Assembly (NCBI GenBank): GCA_964016885.1
Contig: OZ024740.1
Coordinates: forward strand, 309,566,001-309,630,000
Source: Eledone cirrhosa
Taxonomy: Eukaryota
Direction: 5' to 3'
Length of the DNA: 64,000 nt
Part shown: one piece after another, positions 27,406 to 40,470 of the stretch
How the letters are laid out: each line of letters begins with the position of its first letter
Position numbering within the stretch: the first letter of the stretch is position 1
Notes under the pieces: generated by a model
What the model saw: only the letters and a program-made list of their open reading frames with translations
What the model was told of the DNA's origin: nothing
Database searches by the model: none
Translations under genes and position numbers: made by a program

Positions 27406-27443
<38 letters not shown>

Positions 27444-27744
27444 GCGGGGACATAGAAATAATCGGGCTGGATGCCCGATCGCGCAGTTAAACCACTGGGA
27501 GTGAAGAACCCCTAGCCCATGTCAGGGTATTCTTCTAGGAGAAGGCATCTCAGGAAACTGGGTTAACTCCGATATAAAACCTGCGGCTCAGTAGTTACCG
27601 ATGATGTTGATCTTTTCTTCTTTTCGGGTTATAGCTACTGTCGCTCAGAGAGTGGGATTGGTTCAGTGCACAGTCTTTCCTCACTTTAAAAATATTCGTC
27701 ACGCACAGGCATTGCACGAGTGCATTAATAATTATTAATAGTGT

Positions 27745-27779
<35 letters not shown>

Positions 27780-27805
27780 TATTATTACTTTTTTTTTTTT
27801 TTTCT

Positions 27806-27838
<33 letters not shown>

Positions 27839-30800
27839 CCAATTCAATGATGTTCCAGAACAATGTAAACGAGATAATTGCCAATTTGGGTTCTGGAACA
27901 AAAAAGATCATTGGCAATAAGGGCAGGGGCCCCAAGTTATCACAACCTGGGCCCGCCCGTCATCGTGCCATTGTAATAGAGCCAAACAGGGCATTTAGTC
28001 TTGGCTGCTGGAACGTACGGACGCTGCTTGACAGGGATTCTTTGGAGCGTCCTGAACGAAGGACCGCTCTTGTTGCGAAGGAGCTTCGACGTTACGATCT
28101 TGACATCGTGGCTTTGTCTGAGACGAGGTTAGCTGGAGATGGTCATCTTACGGAATTTTGTGGAGAATATACATTCTTCTGGAAAGGAAGAGATGAAGGA
28201 ACCAGAAGAGAGGCTGGGGTAGGATTTGCTGTTAAGACTGTACTGGTGAATAAATTGGAAGAATTCCCAGTGGGGATTAGTGAGCGTCTTATGTCCATGA
28301 GAGTTCCGCTGGACAAGGGAAGATATGCTACCCTGGTGAGTGTGTATGCTCCAACTATGAATTCTGTCGATGAAGAAAAACTGTCCTTTTACCATGCCTT
28401 GAAAGGTGTTTTAAGAAATATCCCTCAGGCAGACAAAGTCATCGTGCTTGGTGACTTTAATGCTAGAGTGGGTAGGGATTTTAACACATGGAATGTAATC
28501 GGAAGGCATGGGGTGGGAAAGTGTAACAGCAATGGTATGCTCTTGCTGCAGATGTGTGAGGAGCTGGATCTGTGTGTTACCAACACCATGTTCCAACAAA
28601 AGAACAAATTCAAGACCACATGGATGCATCCTGCATCTAAGGAATGGCATCTTTTGGACTACGTCCTAGTCAGGATGCGTGACAGACAGGATGTGCGGTG
28701 TGTTCGTGTTCTTCGTGGAGCTGAGTGCTGGACGGACCACCGCCTGGTACGCGCAAAAGTGAATCTAATCACCAAACGTAAAATCCGGGCTCCTGGTGTT
28801 ACCCTGCCCAAAAGATTGAATGCTGCTCGTCTTAAGGATAAAAATGTGAAGAGGACATTGGAAGAAGAGATGCAGGCTGCAGATCTTGGTGAGGATTGGC
28901 CGACCCTTAAAAAGTCGGTTTATGATGTAGGCAGACGTGTTCTGGGATTGGTGCAGAGAAAACATCAGGACTGGTTTAATGAGAAAGATGTGCATATAGA
29001 TGACTTGTTGGCTGATAAGAGGCGCGCTCTGTCACGCTACTTGACGGCAAGACCACAGGAGAGGAATACGTTGCATGAGGAGCTCAGGGATGTAAAATCA
29101 CGTGTTAGGCGGAGTCTTTCTCAGATGAAGGATCAGTGGTGGAGTGAGAAGGCTGGTGAGATACAAACTGCGTCTGATTGCAATAACACAAAGCTGTTGT
29201 ACAGTCTCTTGCGTGAGGTTTATGGACCGTCTTCTTCTCTGGTGACACCGATTCGCAGCAAGGATGGCAAAGAACTTCTTCGTGACTCACAGGGAATTCT
29301 ACGAAGGTGGCGGGAGCACTTTGATGATCTTTTGAATCAGCCGTCTGTCGTCAGTGAAGATTTCCTCAATCTCATTCCGGAAAGTCCTGTGAAAGTAGCT
29401 CTCGCAGAGCCTCCGACACTTGTGGAGGTTGCAGTGGCTATTTCGAAGCTGAACAGTGGAAGATCTCCAGGTATGGATGGCATACATGCTGAGCTCCTAC
29501 AATATGGTGGTGAGAGACTCCTGCAACATCTTCACTCTCTGTTTGGAAGGATATGGGCTAATGAATCCGTGCCTGAGGACTGGAGAGATGCAGTAATGGT
29601 GGTCTTGTACAAGGGAAAGGGTAACAGGAATGATTGTGGGAACTACAGAGGTATATCATTGCTTTCTGTCGTGGGGAAAGTTTTATGTAGGGTGCTTCTG
29701 GACCGTCTGCTGACACACATTGCAGATTGTGTCCTTCCTGAAAGTCAATCTGGTTTTCGTGTTGGACGCGGCACTACTGATATGATCTTCTCAGCTAGAC
29801 AGCTCCAGGAGAAGTGCATTGAACAGGGCTTGGATCTGTATCAGGTTTTTGTCGATCTGACAAAGGCTTTCGATACTGTCAACAGAGATGCATTATGGAA
29901 GGTTCTCCAGAAACTTGGTTGCCCTGATAAGTTCCTTGCTTTAGTTAGGTCTTTCCATGACGACATGAAGGCTTGGGTTAATGTCGGAGGTAACATGTCG
30001 GAGCCTATCTCAGTAAAAAATGGAGTGAAACAGGGGGATATTCCAGCACCGACCCTGTTTGCCATATACTTTGCAATGGTTTTCTGTGTTGCATTCAGGA
30101 ATTGCGAGCATGGTGTTTACATCCGATATCGAACCTCAGGCAGCATATTTAACATCAGGCGCTTTGCTGCGAAGACAAAAGTATTTACATCAGTCATAAG
30201 AGACCTCTTGTATGCAGATGATTGCGATCTTGTAGCGCACACAGAGAGTGATATGCAGCACATTTTGAATGTATTTTCTGACGCTTGCACTGCCCTGGGT
30301 TTGACTGTCAGTCTCAAGAAAACCGTCGTCATGTACCAACCTGCACCTGGTAGGCAGTACACTGAACCAAACATCTATGTGTATGGCAAACGACTTGGAG
30401 TGGTTGATCAGTTTGTCTACCTGGGAAGCACTGTCAATCGATACGGCAACCTTGACAGTGAAATCTCACTTAGGATTAGGAAAGCAAGTGATGCTTTCGG
30501 AAAGCTAGAAAGGCGACTCTGGGGTCGGCGAGACATATGCAGGAGGACAAAGGTAAAGGTGTACAGGGCATGTGTACTCTCTTGTCTTCTTTATGCCTGC
30601 GAGACCTGGGTCACATATCGACGCCACCTTAAGCAATTGGAGCGTTTCCATCAGATGTGTCTCAGACGGATACATGGCGTTCGCTGGAGGGACCACATCA
30701 GTGATGTCGAGATTTTGGAAAGCTCTATGTGTGACAGTATAGAAGCTCTTGTGCTTAAGCAGCGACTCCGTTGGAGTGGTCACCTTGCCAGGATGAAGGA

Positions 30801-31497
30801 TTCTAGAATACCAAAACAACTCTTCTATGGAGAGTTGGTTAAAGGAAAACGACCGCCACATAAACCAAAAAAGAGGTATAAGGATTCCTTGAAGGCCTCT
30901 CTGAAAGACGCTAACATCTCTGCTGATACATGGGAAAATATTGCTGCTGATCGTAATAAATGGAGAAAGACTGTATATGAGGGAAAAGTTGCCTTTGAGG
31001 CATCTCGAATCGCACACGAGAAAGTAAAGCGGGACGTGAGGAAGGGTATTGCTGTTGCACTTCCAGACGGCGAGGGTCCTCCTATGTTTCTGACATGCAG
31101 CGTCTGTGCGAGACTCTGCCTAAGCAAAGCTGGACTCGAAAGTCATCTTCGCAGTCATAAAGTAAGACCAGTGGTTGACTACCAGGCTGCTGTTGGAGAT
31201 GCTACTCATCATGCTTGCCAAACATGTGGTAGAGAATGTAAATCAGCAGGAGGACTCAAGCGACATGCAAAAGTACACGAACTCCAACCACAGCCGACTA
31301 TTCCCAGTAAATGTTTTGGTTGCCGACTCTGTGCAAGACATTTTGGATCATTGGCTGGGCTAAAAAGCCACATTCGATCGCAGCACTGTTAGTTGCTATC
31401 GTGTGTGTGTGTAGATATGCTTATGTGCGTGCGTGTGTGTGTATATATATATGAATATGTATATTATTATTGTTGTTGTCGTTATTATTATTATTGC

Positions 31498-31537
<40 letters not shown>

Positions 31538-31617
31538 TTTATTTTTATTTTTTTATTTATTTATTTTTTTTTTATTGTGCAATGGCCATACTCGATAACG
31601 AGGGGGCAGCCATCATC
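26579..31617 (+). mobile_element. Full-length RTE-clade LINE insertion, including upstream non-array sequence
   Basis: Array sequence stops at AAGAAGCA (26578) and resumes at ATATACACACTAC (31618); 3' end GATAACGAGGGGGCAGC(CAT)n; no target-site duplication seen. Confidence 0.85.
27847..31392 (+). CDS. RTE LINE polyprotein: APE endonuclease, reverse transcriptase, three C2H2 zinc fingers
   Basis: Uninterrupted 1181 aa; WNVRTL, SETR, GDFNARVG, LLDYV, TDH (APE); FVDLTKAFDTV, GVKQG, YADD, YLG (RT); three CxxC-x12-Hx3-4H fingers. Confidence 0.95.
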   Translation: MMFQNNVNEIIANLGSGTKKIIGNKGRGPKLSQPGPARHRAIVIEPNRAFSLGCWNVRTLLDRDSLERPERRTALVAKELRRYDLDIVALSETRLAGDGHLTEFCGEYTFFWKGRDEGTRREAGVGFAVKTVLVNKLEEFPVGISERLMSMRVPLDKGRYATLVSVYAPTMNSVDEEKLSFYHALKGVLRNIPQADKVIVLGDFNARVGRDFNTWNVIGRHGVGKCNSNGMLLLQMCEELDLCVTNTMFQQKNKFKTTWMHPASKEWHLLDYVLVRMRDRQDVRCVRVLRGAECWTDHRLVRAKVNLITKRKIRAPGVTLPKRLNAARLKDKNVKRTLEEEMQAADLGEDWPTLKKSVYDVGRRVLGLVQRKHQDWFNEKDVHIDDLLADKRRALSRYLTARPQERNTLHEELRDVKSRVRRSLSQMKDQWWSEKAGEIQTASDCNNTKLLYSLLREVYGPSSSLVTPIRSKDGKELLRDSQGILRRWREHFDDLLNQPSVVSEDFLNLIPESPVKVALAEPPTLVEVAVAISKLNSGRSPGMDGIHAELLQYGGERLLQHLHSLFGRIWANESVPEDWRDAVMVVLYKGKGNRNDCGNYRGISLLSVVGKVLCRVLLDRLLTHIADCVLPESQSGFRVGRGTTDMIFSARQLQEKCIEQGLDLYQVFVDLTKAFDTVNRDALWKVLQKLGCPDKFLALVRSFHDDMKAWVNVGGNMSEPISVKNGVKQGDIPAPTLFAIYFAMVFCVAFRNCEHGVYIRYRTSGSIFNIRRFAAKTKVFTSVIRDLLYADDCDLVAHTESDMQHILNVFSDACTALGLTVSLKKTVVMYQPAPGRQYTEPNIYVYGKRLGVVDQFVYLGSTVNRYGNLDSEISLRIRKASDAFGKLERRLWGRRDICRRTKVKVYRACVLSCLLYACETWVTYRRHLKQLERFHQMCLRRIHGVRWRDHISDVEILESSMCDSIEALVLKQRLRWSGHLARMKDSRIPKQLFYGELVKGKRPPHKPKKRYKDSLKASLKDANISADTWENIAADRNKWRKTVYEGKVAFEASRIAHEKVKRDVRKGIAVALPDGEGPPMFLTCSVCARLCLSKAGLESHLRSHKVRPVVDYQAAVGDATHHACQTCGRECKSAGGLKRHAKVHELQPQPTIPSKCFGCRLCARHFGSLAGLKSHIRSQHC

Positions 31618-32503
31618 ATATACACACTACTGTACGTCTGTATATATATATATGTACGTAAGTATACATACTAATAATAATATTGATATTCTGATTTAGG
31701 CACAAGGCCAACAATTTTGGGTGAGGGGAAAGTAGATTAAATCAACCCCAGTGTATTACTGCTACTTTATTATATCGACCATGTAACGATGAAAGGCAAA
31801 GCTAACCTAGGCGGGATTTCAATTCAGAAAGTAAAGAACCGTAACTCTATGGCGTAAAGCATATTGTCCGACGCTTTACTGTTCTGCCAATACACCGCCA
31901 TTATAAGAAGAAGAAGAAGAAGAAGATCGATATCCGGATTCTCCAGGTGGGTAACACTCAATGTTTTAAAGTTTTATATCATATCTTTACTTTGAATAAA
32001 TAATGAAATAGATATTACATAATTCATCTACTAAATTTCGTAACACATGTTTAAACATATATTAAAAATATTATTCAAGATTCACAAAAGGCAGAGGATT
32101 GGCAGTATCGGTAGAGGGTCTGACGCCATGCTTTGCAGCAAAGAGTTACGGCCCTTTACGGTCTGAGTTCAAATCCCGCTGAGGTTAACTTTGCCTTTCA
32201 TCCTTACGGGGTCGATAAAATAAAGTACCAGAAATGCACTGGGTAATTTCTGGCCTTGTGCCAAAAGTAGAAACAATTATTCAAGATTCACCTCTTTTAA
32301 AAGATTAAAATTCCAATACTTCCGGTATACCTATACTATATATATATAGAGAGAGAGAGTGAAAGAGAAAGATGAAGCGATTTGGATTTTTTTCAACACG
32401 CTGATTTGTGTGCGTGTATGTTGTTGTTCTTTGATTTTATAAAATTGCTAGAGCGAGAAAGAGAGATTGTATGTGTGGCTATATAAAGAGAGGAGTGGCT
32501 GTG

Positions 32504-32560
<57 letters not shown>

Positions 32561-32843
32561 CATGAGAAGAAAGAAGAATACTGCGTGGTTTGCACATGGG
32601 TTACATATGATAAAAATAGTCCTTCGTCAGTGATTTTCCATCCATCATTTGTATTCCATCGCATTTTTAATGTAAAAGGTATTTTAATTTAAGGTAAAAG
32701 ACTAATTGTCAACAATATCTTTTGCATTTGCATTTATATTCTATATCCATACCTGCATTGTTTTGGCTTTACAAATACAAACGTTTATACCTCATTGCAC
32801 AATGCTTCAAGTGAACTATAACTTCCTCCATATATATATATAC

Positions 32844-32876
<33 letters not shown>

Positions 32877-33069
32877 AGAAAGTGAGGTTTTTTTTTACAA
32901 AATGAAAAATAACCGAGGTGTCCTACACGAGTGAAAGTATAAAGAAAAAGAGATGAAATCGAAAATATATATTTATTTATTTTTTTTGTTGTTTTAACAT
33001 ATATTTATTTCCAAGATTTCACCGTAGAGATAACATATCAGAAAGTGAATATGGGATACATGACAGAAA

Positions 33070-34466
33070 GTGAATATGGGACGCAGAAAACATTTCTCAC
33101 TTAAATCCCAACGCATGGCAACAGACGCACAACGACAAAGAGAGATGAGGGCAAATCAATCAAACAATAATCGCTCTACAACATCCCAACAAATTTCTAC
33201 AAATGTAATTCAGTTAACACACCAACAACAACTTGCAACAGATACACCAAACGTTCAGAGAGGAAGGAACAGGTCAATTGAAGGTCTGGCAAAGAATCCT
33301 ACAGATGAACCTTCCCAAGAGCAAACTGTTCTTTCCATAATGCCAAACATGATGCAGGGAGTCTCTTTGCCTCTGTTTGTCCGCACTGCAAAGCTTATCG
33401 CTGGCCACATGAACCCAAATCTCTGTGCAGCATCCAGGGAAAAGTGAAACTCCCTCAACTTCCACCAAATATACTGAAATATTTCGATATCACTCAAGAA
33501 GGAAATTCTTTTCTCCATATGATACGTGCATATTATAACAATGTGCTTGCCTTAGCTTCAATTGGTTGCAAAGAGATTAAAGCACCAGGATTTAGTCCCC
33601 CATTTAAGATCCAAGGTAAGATTTGTCATATTATTGGATCACTACTTCCAAGTGATGCTTCACCCAAGTTTGCTCAGCTTTACTTCTATGATACTGATCA
33701 TGAGCTTCAGAATCGCCTGCATCATGTTAATTAAGATGCTGCTGTCCTGCAGGACCTGCAAGAAGACTTGCACTACTGCAACACCTATATAAGAAGCTTC
33801 AAGACAGTCATTGAAATGCCAGTCTCTGAAAATGTGAATATTGTCCTACATGCTGACAAAGTAAAACCCACTGAATTACATTGTCGCACATATAATCTTC
33901 CCATAGCATCTGAGATTGCTGTTATTCAACCTGATACATTAGGTCTTTCGGATGTCATCATTGATAAAAGAGATGGTGGTCTTCAGAGGATTCATCAGTT
34001 GCACCGTTCTTATGATCCTCTGCATTATGTGCTACTGTCTCCTTGGGGGAATGATGGGTTTCAGGTTCGTTTGTAAAGGATTGACAACAACCACACACTC
34101 ACACCCACTGATTTCTACTGTTATCAGTTTCAGGTTAGGCAAGATGACTGTAACATTATCACGAAGAGCAGGCGGCTGATGCAGCAATATGCTGTAGATG
34201 CTCAGGAAAAAATAGAACATTGTCGCCTCAAATGGGCCCGCAACAATCAAACCATGATACGAGCTGAAAAGTATGAGGGTTTGTATGATGCTGTGGCTGA
34301 AGGAGATTCAGTAAATGCAGGCTGGGGAATTGTTCTTCCTCCTTCAATCTATGGTTCACCTCGCTTCTACAGTGAGTGCTTTCAGAATTCGATGACTGTG
34401 GTTCGACAAATGGGAAAGCCATCTTATTTCATCACGGTAACAACTAACCCTAACTGGGATGAAATA
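33070..34466 (+). mobile_element. Truncated Helitron RepHel N-terminus (unit 4)
   Basis: Same motifs; private 2-bp and 3-bp deletions. Confidence 0.9.
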
Positions 34467-34539
34467 AAAAATAATAATACTATAATGAATGAGAGGAAAA
34501 GAGAGTTATCACAAAGGAACCATTGAAAAAAAGACGCAA

Positions 34540-34612
34540 AGGTAATTATCTCAGATGGTAGGACGCTCGCTTAGCATGGGAGAGGTACTGGGATCGATAC
34601 CCGGATTCTTCA
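34540..34612 (+). pseudogene. tRNA-Ala pseudogene (position C)
   Basis: As other C copies, with a GGGAG anticodon stem variant. Confidence 0.8.
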
Positions 34613-34965
34613 ACAAAGGAAATAGCTTTAGGTGGGTAACACACAATGTTTTAAACTTTTATATCATATCTTATCTTTATTATATTTTCATACCTATCGT
34701 TTGTTTTATTTATCGGTCCCTTTTATAACGGCCTTACTCCATATGTATAGTAAATCAAATATAAATATCTGTATTGAGCAGAAGGTTGACATAACAGACA
34801 TTTATATTTGATTTACTATACATGCTGGGTTAGGCCGTTATTAGATATACTGATAAGTAGAACTAGTGATAGGTATGGAAATATAATAAAGATGATAATT
34901 ATCACAAGATATGATATAAAAGTTTAAAACATTGAGTGTTACCCACCTAAAAAAATTTCCTTTAC

Positions 34966-35038
34966 TGGAGAATCCGGGCGTCGATCTCGGTACCTCTCAC
35001 ATGCTAAGCGAGCGCTCTACCATCTGAGCTAATTCCCC
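34966..35038 (-). tRNA. trnA-AGC: tRNA-Ala(AGC), one T-stem mismatch (position A)
   Basis: CCGAGATCGACGCCCGG; otherwise canonical; T7 terminator. Confidence 0.8.
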
Positions 35039-35497
35039 TTTCTTGTCATTTGGAATGGTAATTTTGTGATAAAATCTTTTCCTCTCATTCATTATTGCAT
35101 TTTCCATATTATTGCTGCTGCTCCTGCTGCTGCTGCTGTTGCTGTTGCTTTTGTTGTTGTTGTTGTTGTTGCCGCTGCTGCTGTTGTTGTTGTTGTTGTT
35201 GTTGTTGTTGTCGTCGTTGTTGTTGTTGTTGTTCTTCTTCTTCTTCTTCTTCTTCTTCTTCTTCTTCTTGTGGCAGTATGGTATAACGTCGGACAATATA
35301 CTTTACGACATAGAGTTACGGCCCTTTTCCTTCTACATTGAAAACCCGCCGAGGTTAGCTTTGCCTTTCATCGTTACGTGGTTGATATAATATAGTAGCA
35401 GTAATACACTGGGGTTAATTTAATCGACTTTCCCCTCACCCAAAATTGCTGGCCTTGTGCCTAAATGATAAAAATAATAATATTATTATTTTCTGCT

Positions 35498-35555
<58 letters not shown>

Positions 35556-35814
35556 TGTGTGTATATGTATCTGTATGTTTGCATAAAAACCTAAGTGTAG
35601 AAATATGTATGCAAATATAAGCGTATAAGTCGAGAAGCAAAATGTTCAGCAGCAATTTAGATGAGCCGGCTTTTATCTCACTCTGTCCCTCTCTCACTGT
35701 ATGTGTATGTATGTCCTCAGCCACATATTAAGTCAACAACTAGATATATTTAAAAATAAAGGAATGACAGGAAAATGAATTTATAGTAAAGAAACCATTA
35801 CCAATACGAAGCAG

Positions 35815-35887
35815 AGGGAATTAGCTCAGATGGTAGTGCGCTCGGTTAGCATGCGAGAAGTAACGGGATCGTTGCCCGGATTCTCCA
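35815..35887 (+). tRNA. tRNA-Ala(AGC) variant, probable pseudogene (position B)
   Basis: Identical to the 17011 copy. Confidence 0.7.
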
Positions 35888-37303
35888 GTAAAGGGAATGT
35901 TTTTAGGTGGGTAACACTCAATGTTTTAAAGTTTTATATCACATCTTGTGATAATTATTATCTTTATTATATTTTCATACCTATCACTTGTTCTACCTCT
36001 CAGTCCATTTTACAATGGCCTTACCACCATATGTATAGTAAATCAAATATAAATATATGTTATATCAGCTTTCTACTCAATACAGCTTCAGATATCTTAG
36101 TTGGTCTGTAATAAACAGACAACCAAACTGAATATGTGTCGAGGACACACATACACACACATTTATAGTAAGAGAGAGAGACAGACTGAAATAAAAGCCG
36201 GTTCATCTAAATTGCTGCTGAAAATATTACCCCTCGCCTTATACGCTTATATATGAATACATATTTCTACACTTAGGTTTATATGCAACGATGGTTGCCG
36301 AACACTGTACGGCTAATAATTCGGGCTGTTTGTTTACAACAAACCGAACATTATAATAAATGTTCGGTAAACCCATACGTACATATATATATGTGTGCAT
36401 GTATGTATGTATGTATATACACACTACTGTACGTCTGTATATATATATATGTACGTAAGTATACATACTAATAATAATATTGATATTCTGATTTAGGCAC
36501 AAGGCCAACAATTTTGGGTGAGGGGAAAGTAGATTAAATCAACCCCAGTGTATTACTGCTACTTTATTATATCGACCATGTAACGATGAAAGGCAAAGCT
36601 AACCTAGGCGGGATTTCAATTCAGAAAGTAAAGAACCGTAACTCTATGGCGTAAAGCATATTGTCCGACGCTTTACTGTTCTGCCAATACACCGCCATTA
36701 TAAGAAGAAGAAGAAGAAGAAGAAGATCGATATCCGGATTCTCCAGGTGGGTAACACTCAATGTTTTAAAGTTTTATATCATATCTTTACTTTGAATAAA
36801 TAATGAAATAGATATTACATAATTCATCTACTAAATTTCGTAACACATGTTTAAACATATATTAAAAATATTATTCAAGATTCACAAAAGGCAGAGGATT
36901 GGCAGTATCGGTAGAGGGTCTGACGCCATGCTTTGCAGCAAAGAGTTACGGCCCTTTACGGTCTGAGTTCAAATCCCGCTGAGGTTAACTTTGCCTTTCA
37001 TCCTTACGGGGTCGATAAAATAAAGTACCAGAAATGCACTGGGTAATTTCTGGCCTTGTGCCAAAAGTAGAAACAATTATTCAAGATTCACCTCTTTTAA
37101 AAGATTAAAATTCCAATACTTCCGGTATACCTATACTATATATATATATAGAGAGAGAGTGAAAGAGAAAGATGAAGCGATTTGGATTTTTTTCAACACG
37201 CTGATGTGTGTGCGTGTATGTTGTTGTTCTTTGATTTTATAAAATTGCTAGAGCGAGAAAGAGAGATTGTATGTGTGGCTATATAAAGAGAGGAGTGGCT
37301 GTG

Positions 37304-37374
<71 letters not shown>

Positions 37375-37643
37375 CATGAGAAGAAAGAAGAATACTGCGT
37401 GGTTTGCACATGGGTTACATATGATAAAAATAGTCCTTCGTCAGTGATTTTCCATCCATCATTTGTATTCCATCGCATTTTTAATGTAAAAGGTATTTTA
37501 ATTTAAGGTAAAAGACTAATTGTCAACAATATCTTTTGCATTTGCATTTATATTCTATATCCATACCTGCATTGTTTTGGCTTTACAAATACAAACGTTT
37601 ATACCTCATTGCACAATGCTTCAAGTGAACTATAACTTCCTCC

Positions 37644-37695
<52 letters not shown>

Positions 37696-37881
37696 GTGAG
37701 GTTTTTTTTTACAAAATGAAAAATAACAGAGGTGTCCTACACGAGTGAAAGTATAAAGAAAAAGAGATGAAATCGAAAATATATATTTATTTATTTTTTT
37801 TTGTTTTAACATATATTTATTTCCAAGATTTCACCGTAGAGATAACATATCAGAAAGTGAATATGGGATACATGACAGAAA

Positions 37882-39282
37882 GTGAATATGGGACGCAGAA
37901 AACATTTCTCACTTAAATCCCAACGCATGGCAACAGACGCACAACGACAAAGAGAGATGAGGGCAAATCAATCAAACAATAATCGCTCTACAACATCCCA
38001 ACAAATTTCTACAAATGTAATTCAGTTAACACACCAACAACAACTTGCAACAGATACACCAAACGTTCAGAGAGGAAGGAACAGGTCAATTGAAGGTCTG
38101 GCAAAGAATCCTACAGATGAACCTTCCCAAGAGCAAACTGTTCTTTCCATAATGCCACAACATAATGCAGGGAATCTCTTTGCCTCTGTTTGTCCGCACT
38201 GCAAAGCTTATCGCTGGCCACATGAACCCAAATCTCTGTGCAGCATCCAGGGAAAAGTGAAACTCCCTCAACTTCCACCAAATATACTGAAATATTTCGA
38301 TATCACTCAAGAAGGAAATTCTTTTCTCCATATGATACGTGCATATTATAACAATGTGCTTGCCTTAGCTTCAATTGGTTGCAAAGAGATTAAAGCACCA
38401 GGATTTAGTCCCACATTTAAGATCCAAGGTAAGATTTGTCATATTATTGGATCACTACTTCCAAGTGATGCTTCACCCAAGTTTTCCCAGCTTTACTTCT
38501 ATGATACAGATCATGAGCTTCAGAATCGCCTGCATCATGTTAATTAAGATGCTGCTGTCCTGCAGGACCTGCAAGAAGACTTGCACTACTGCAACACCTA
38601 TATAAGAAGCTTCAAGACAGTCATTGAAATGCCAGTCTCTGAAAATGTGAATATTGTCCTACATGCTGACAAAGTAAAACCCACTGAATTTCATTGTCGC
38701 ACATATAATCTTCCCATGGCATCTGAGATTGCTGTTATTCAACCTGATACAGCATTAGGTCTTTCGGATGTCATCATTGATAAAAGAGATGGTGGTCTTC
38801 AGAGGATTCATCAGTTGCACCGTTCTTATGATCCTCTGCATTATGTGCTACTGTCTCCTTGGGGGAATGATGGGTTTCAGGTTCGTTTGTAAAGGATTGA
38901 CAACAACCACACACTCACACCCACTGATTTCTACTGTTATCAGTTTCAGGTTAGGCAAGATGACTGTAACATTATCACGAAGAGCAGGCGGCTGATGCAG
39001 CAATATGCTGTAGATGCTCAGGAAAAAATAGAACATTGTCGCCTCAAATGGGCCCGCAACAATCAAACCATGATACGAGCTGAAAAGTATGAGGGTTTGT
39101 ATGATGCTGTGGCTGAAGGAGATTCAGTAAATGCAGGCTGGGGAATTGTTCTTCCTCCTTCAATCTATGGTTCACCTCGCTTCTACAGTGAGTGCTTTCA
39201 GAATTCGATGACTGTGGTTCGACAAATGGGAAAGCCATCTTATTTCATCACGGTAACAACTAACCCTAACTGGGATGAAATA
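37882..39282 (+). mobile_element. Truncated Helitron RepHel N-terminus (unit 5)
   Basis: Same motifs and shared stops. Confidence 0.9.
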
Positions 39283-39355
39283 AAAAATAATAATACTATA
39301 ATGAATGAGAGGAAAAGAGAGTTATCACAAAGGAACCATTGAAAAAAAGACGCAA

Positions 39356-39428
39356 AGGTAATTATCTCAGATGGTAGGACGCTCGCTTAGCATGGGAGAG
39401 GTACTGGGATCGATACCCGGATTCTTCA
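39356..39428 (+). pseudogene. tRNA-Ala pseudogene (position C)
   Basis: Identical to 34540. Confidence 0.8.
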
Positions 39429-39781
39429 ACAAAGGAAATAGCTTTAGGTGGGTAACACACAATGTTTTAAACTTTTATATCATATCTTATCTTTATTATA
39501 TTTTCATACCTATCGTTTGTTTTATTTATCGGTCCCTTTTATAACGGCCTTACTCCATATGTATAGTAAATCAAATATAAATATCTGTATTGAGCAGAAG
39601 GTTGACATAACAGACATTTATATTTGATTTACTATACATGCTGGGTTAGGCCGTTATTAGATATACTGATAAGTAGAACTAGTGATAGGTATGGAAATAT
39701 AATAAAGATGATAATTATCACAAGATATGATATAAAAGTTTAAAACATTGAGTGTTACCCACCTAAAAAAATTTCCTTTAC

Positions 39782-39854
39782 TGGAGAATCCGGGCGTCGA
39801 TCCCGGTACCTCTCACATGCTAAGCGAGCGCTCTACCATCTGAGCTAATTCCCC
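39782..39854 (-). tRNA. trnA-AGC: tRNA-Ala(AGC), intact (position A)
   Basis: Canonical cloverleaf, T7 terminator. Confidence 0.92.
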
Positions 39855-39937
39855 TTTCTTGTCATTTGGAATGGTAATTTTGTGATAAAATCTTTTCCTC
39901 TCATTCATTATTGCATTTTCCATATTACTGCTGCTAT

Positions 39938-40004
<67 letters not shown>

Positions 40005-40148
40005 CTTCTTCTTCTTCTTCTTCTTCTTCTTCTTCTTCTTCTTCTTCTTCTTCTTCTTCTTCTTCTTCTTCTTCTTCTTCTTCTTCTTCTTCTTCTTCTT
40101 CTTCTTCTTCTTCTTCTTCTTCTTCTTCTTCTTCTTTCTTCTTCTTCC

Positions 40149-40192
<44 letters not shown>

Positions 40193-40470
40193 TTTCATTT
40201 ATTGGCCACAAGGGCCGACATATAGGGGACAATACAAAAGACTGGGAGAGTGGGGTTTTACAGAAAAGTCGAGTAAACAATATGAATAACAATAACAATG
40301 TAACAATAACAAAGTAACAATAAAGTAACAATAAAATTACAACAAGAAAAAATTCCCCAATAGGGGGGATGACCACCTAGGGTTCGCTCAGGTACCCCAC
40401 CAGTCCTGAACGACCCGACGCTTCGAGAGCACCCTGGTAGGGCACCCTTCTCCTCTTCAAATTTACCTAT

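Noticed and set aside
28129-31127. Antisense ORFs within the RTE (and likewise within Tx1)
   Set aside because: Shadow frames of real coding sequence
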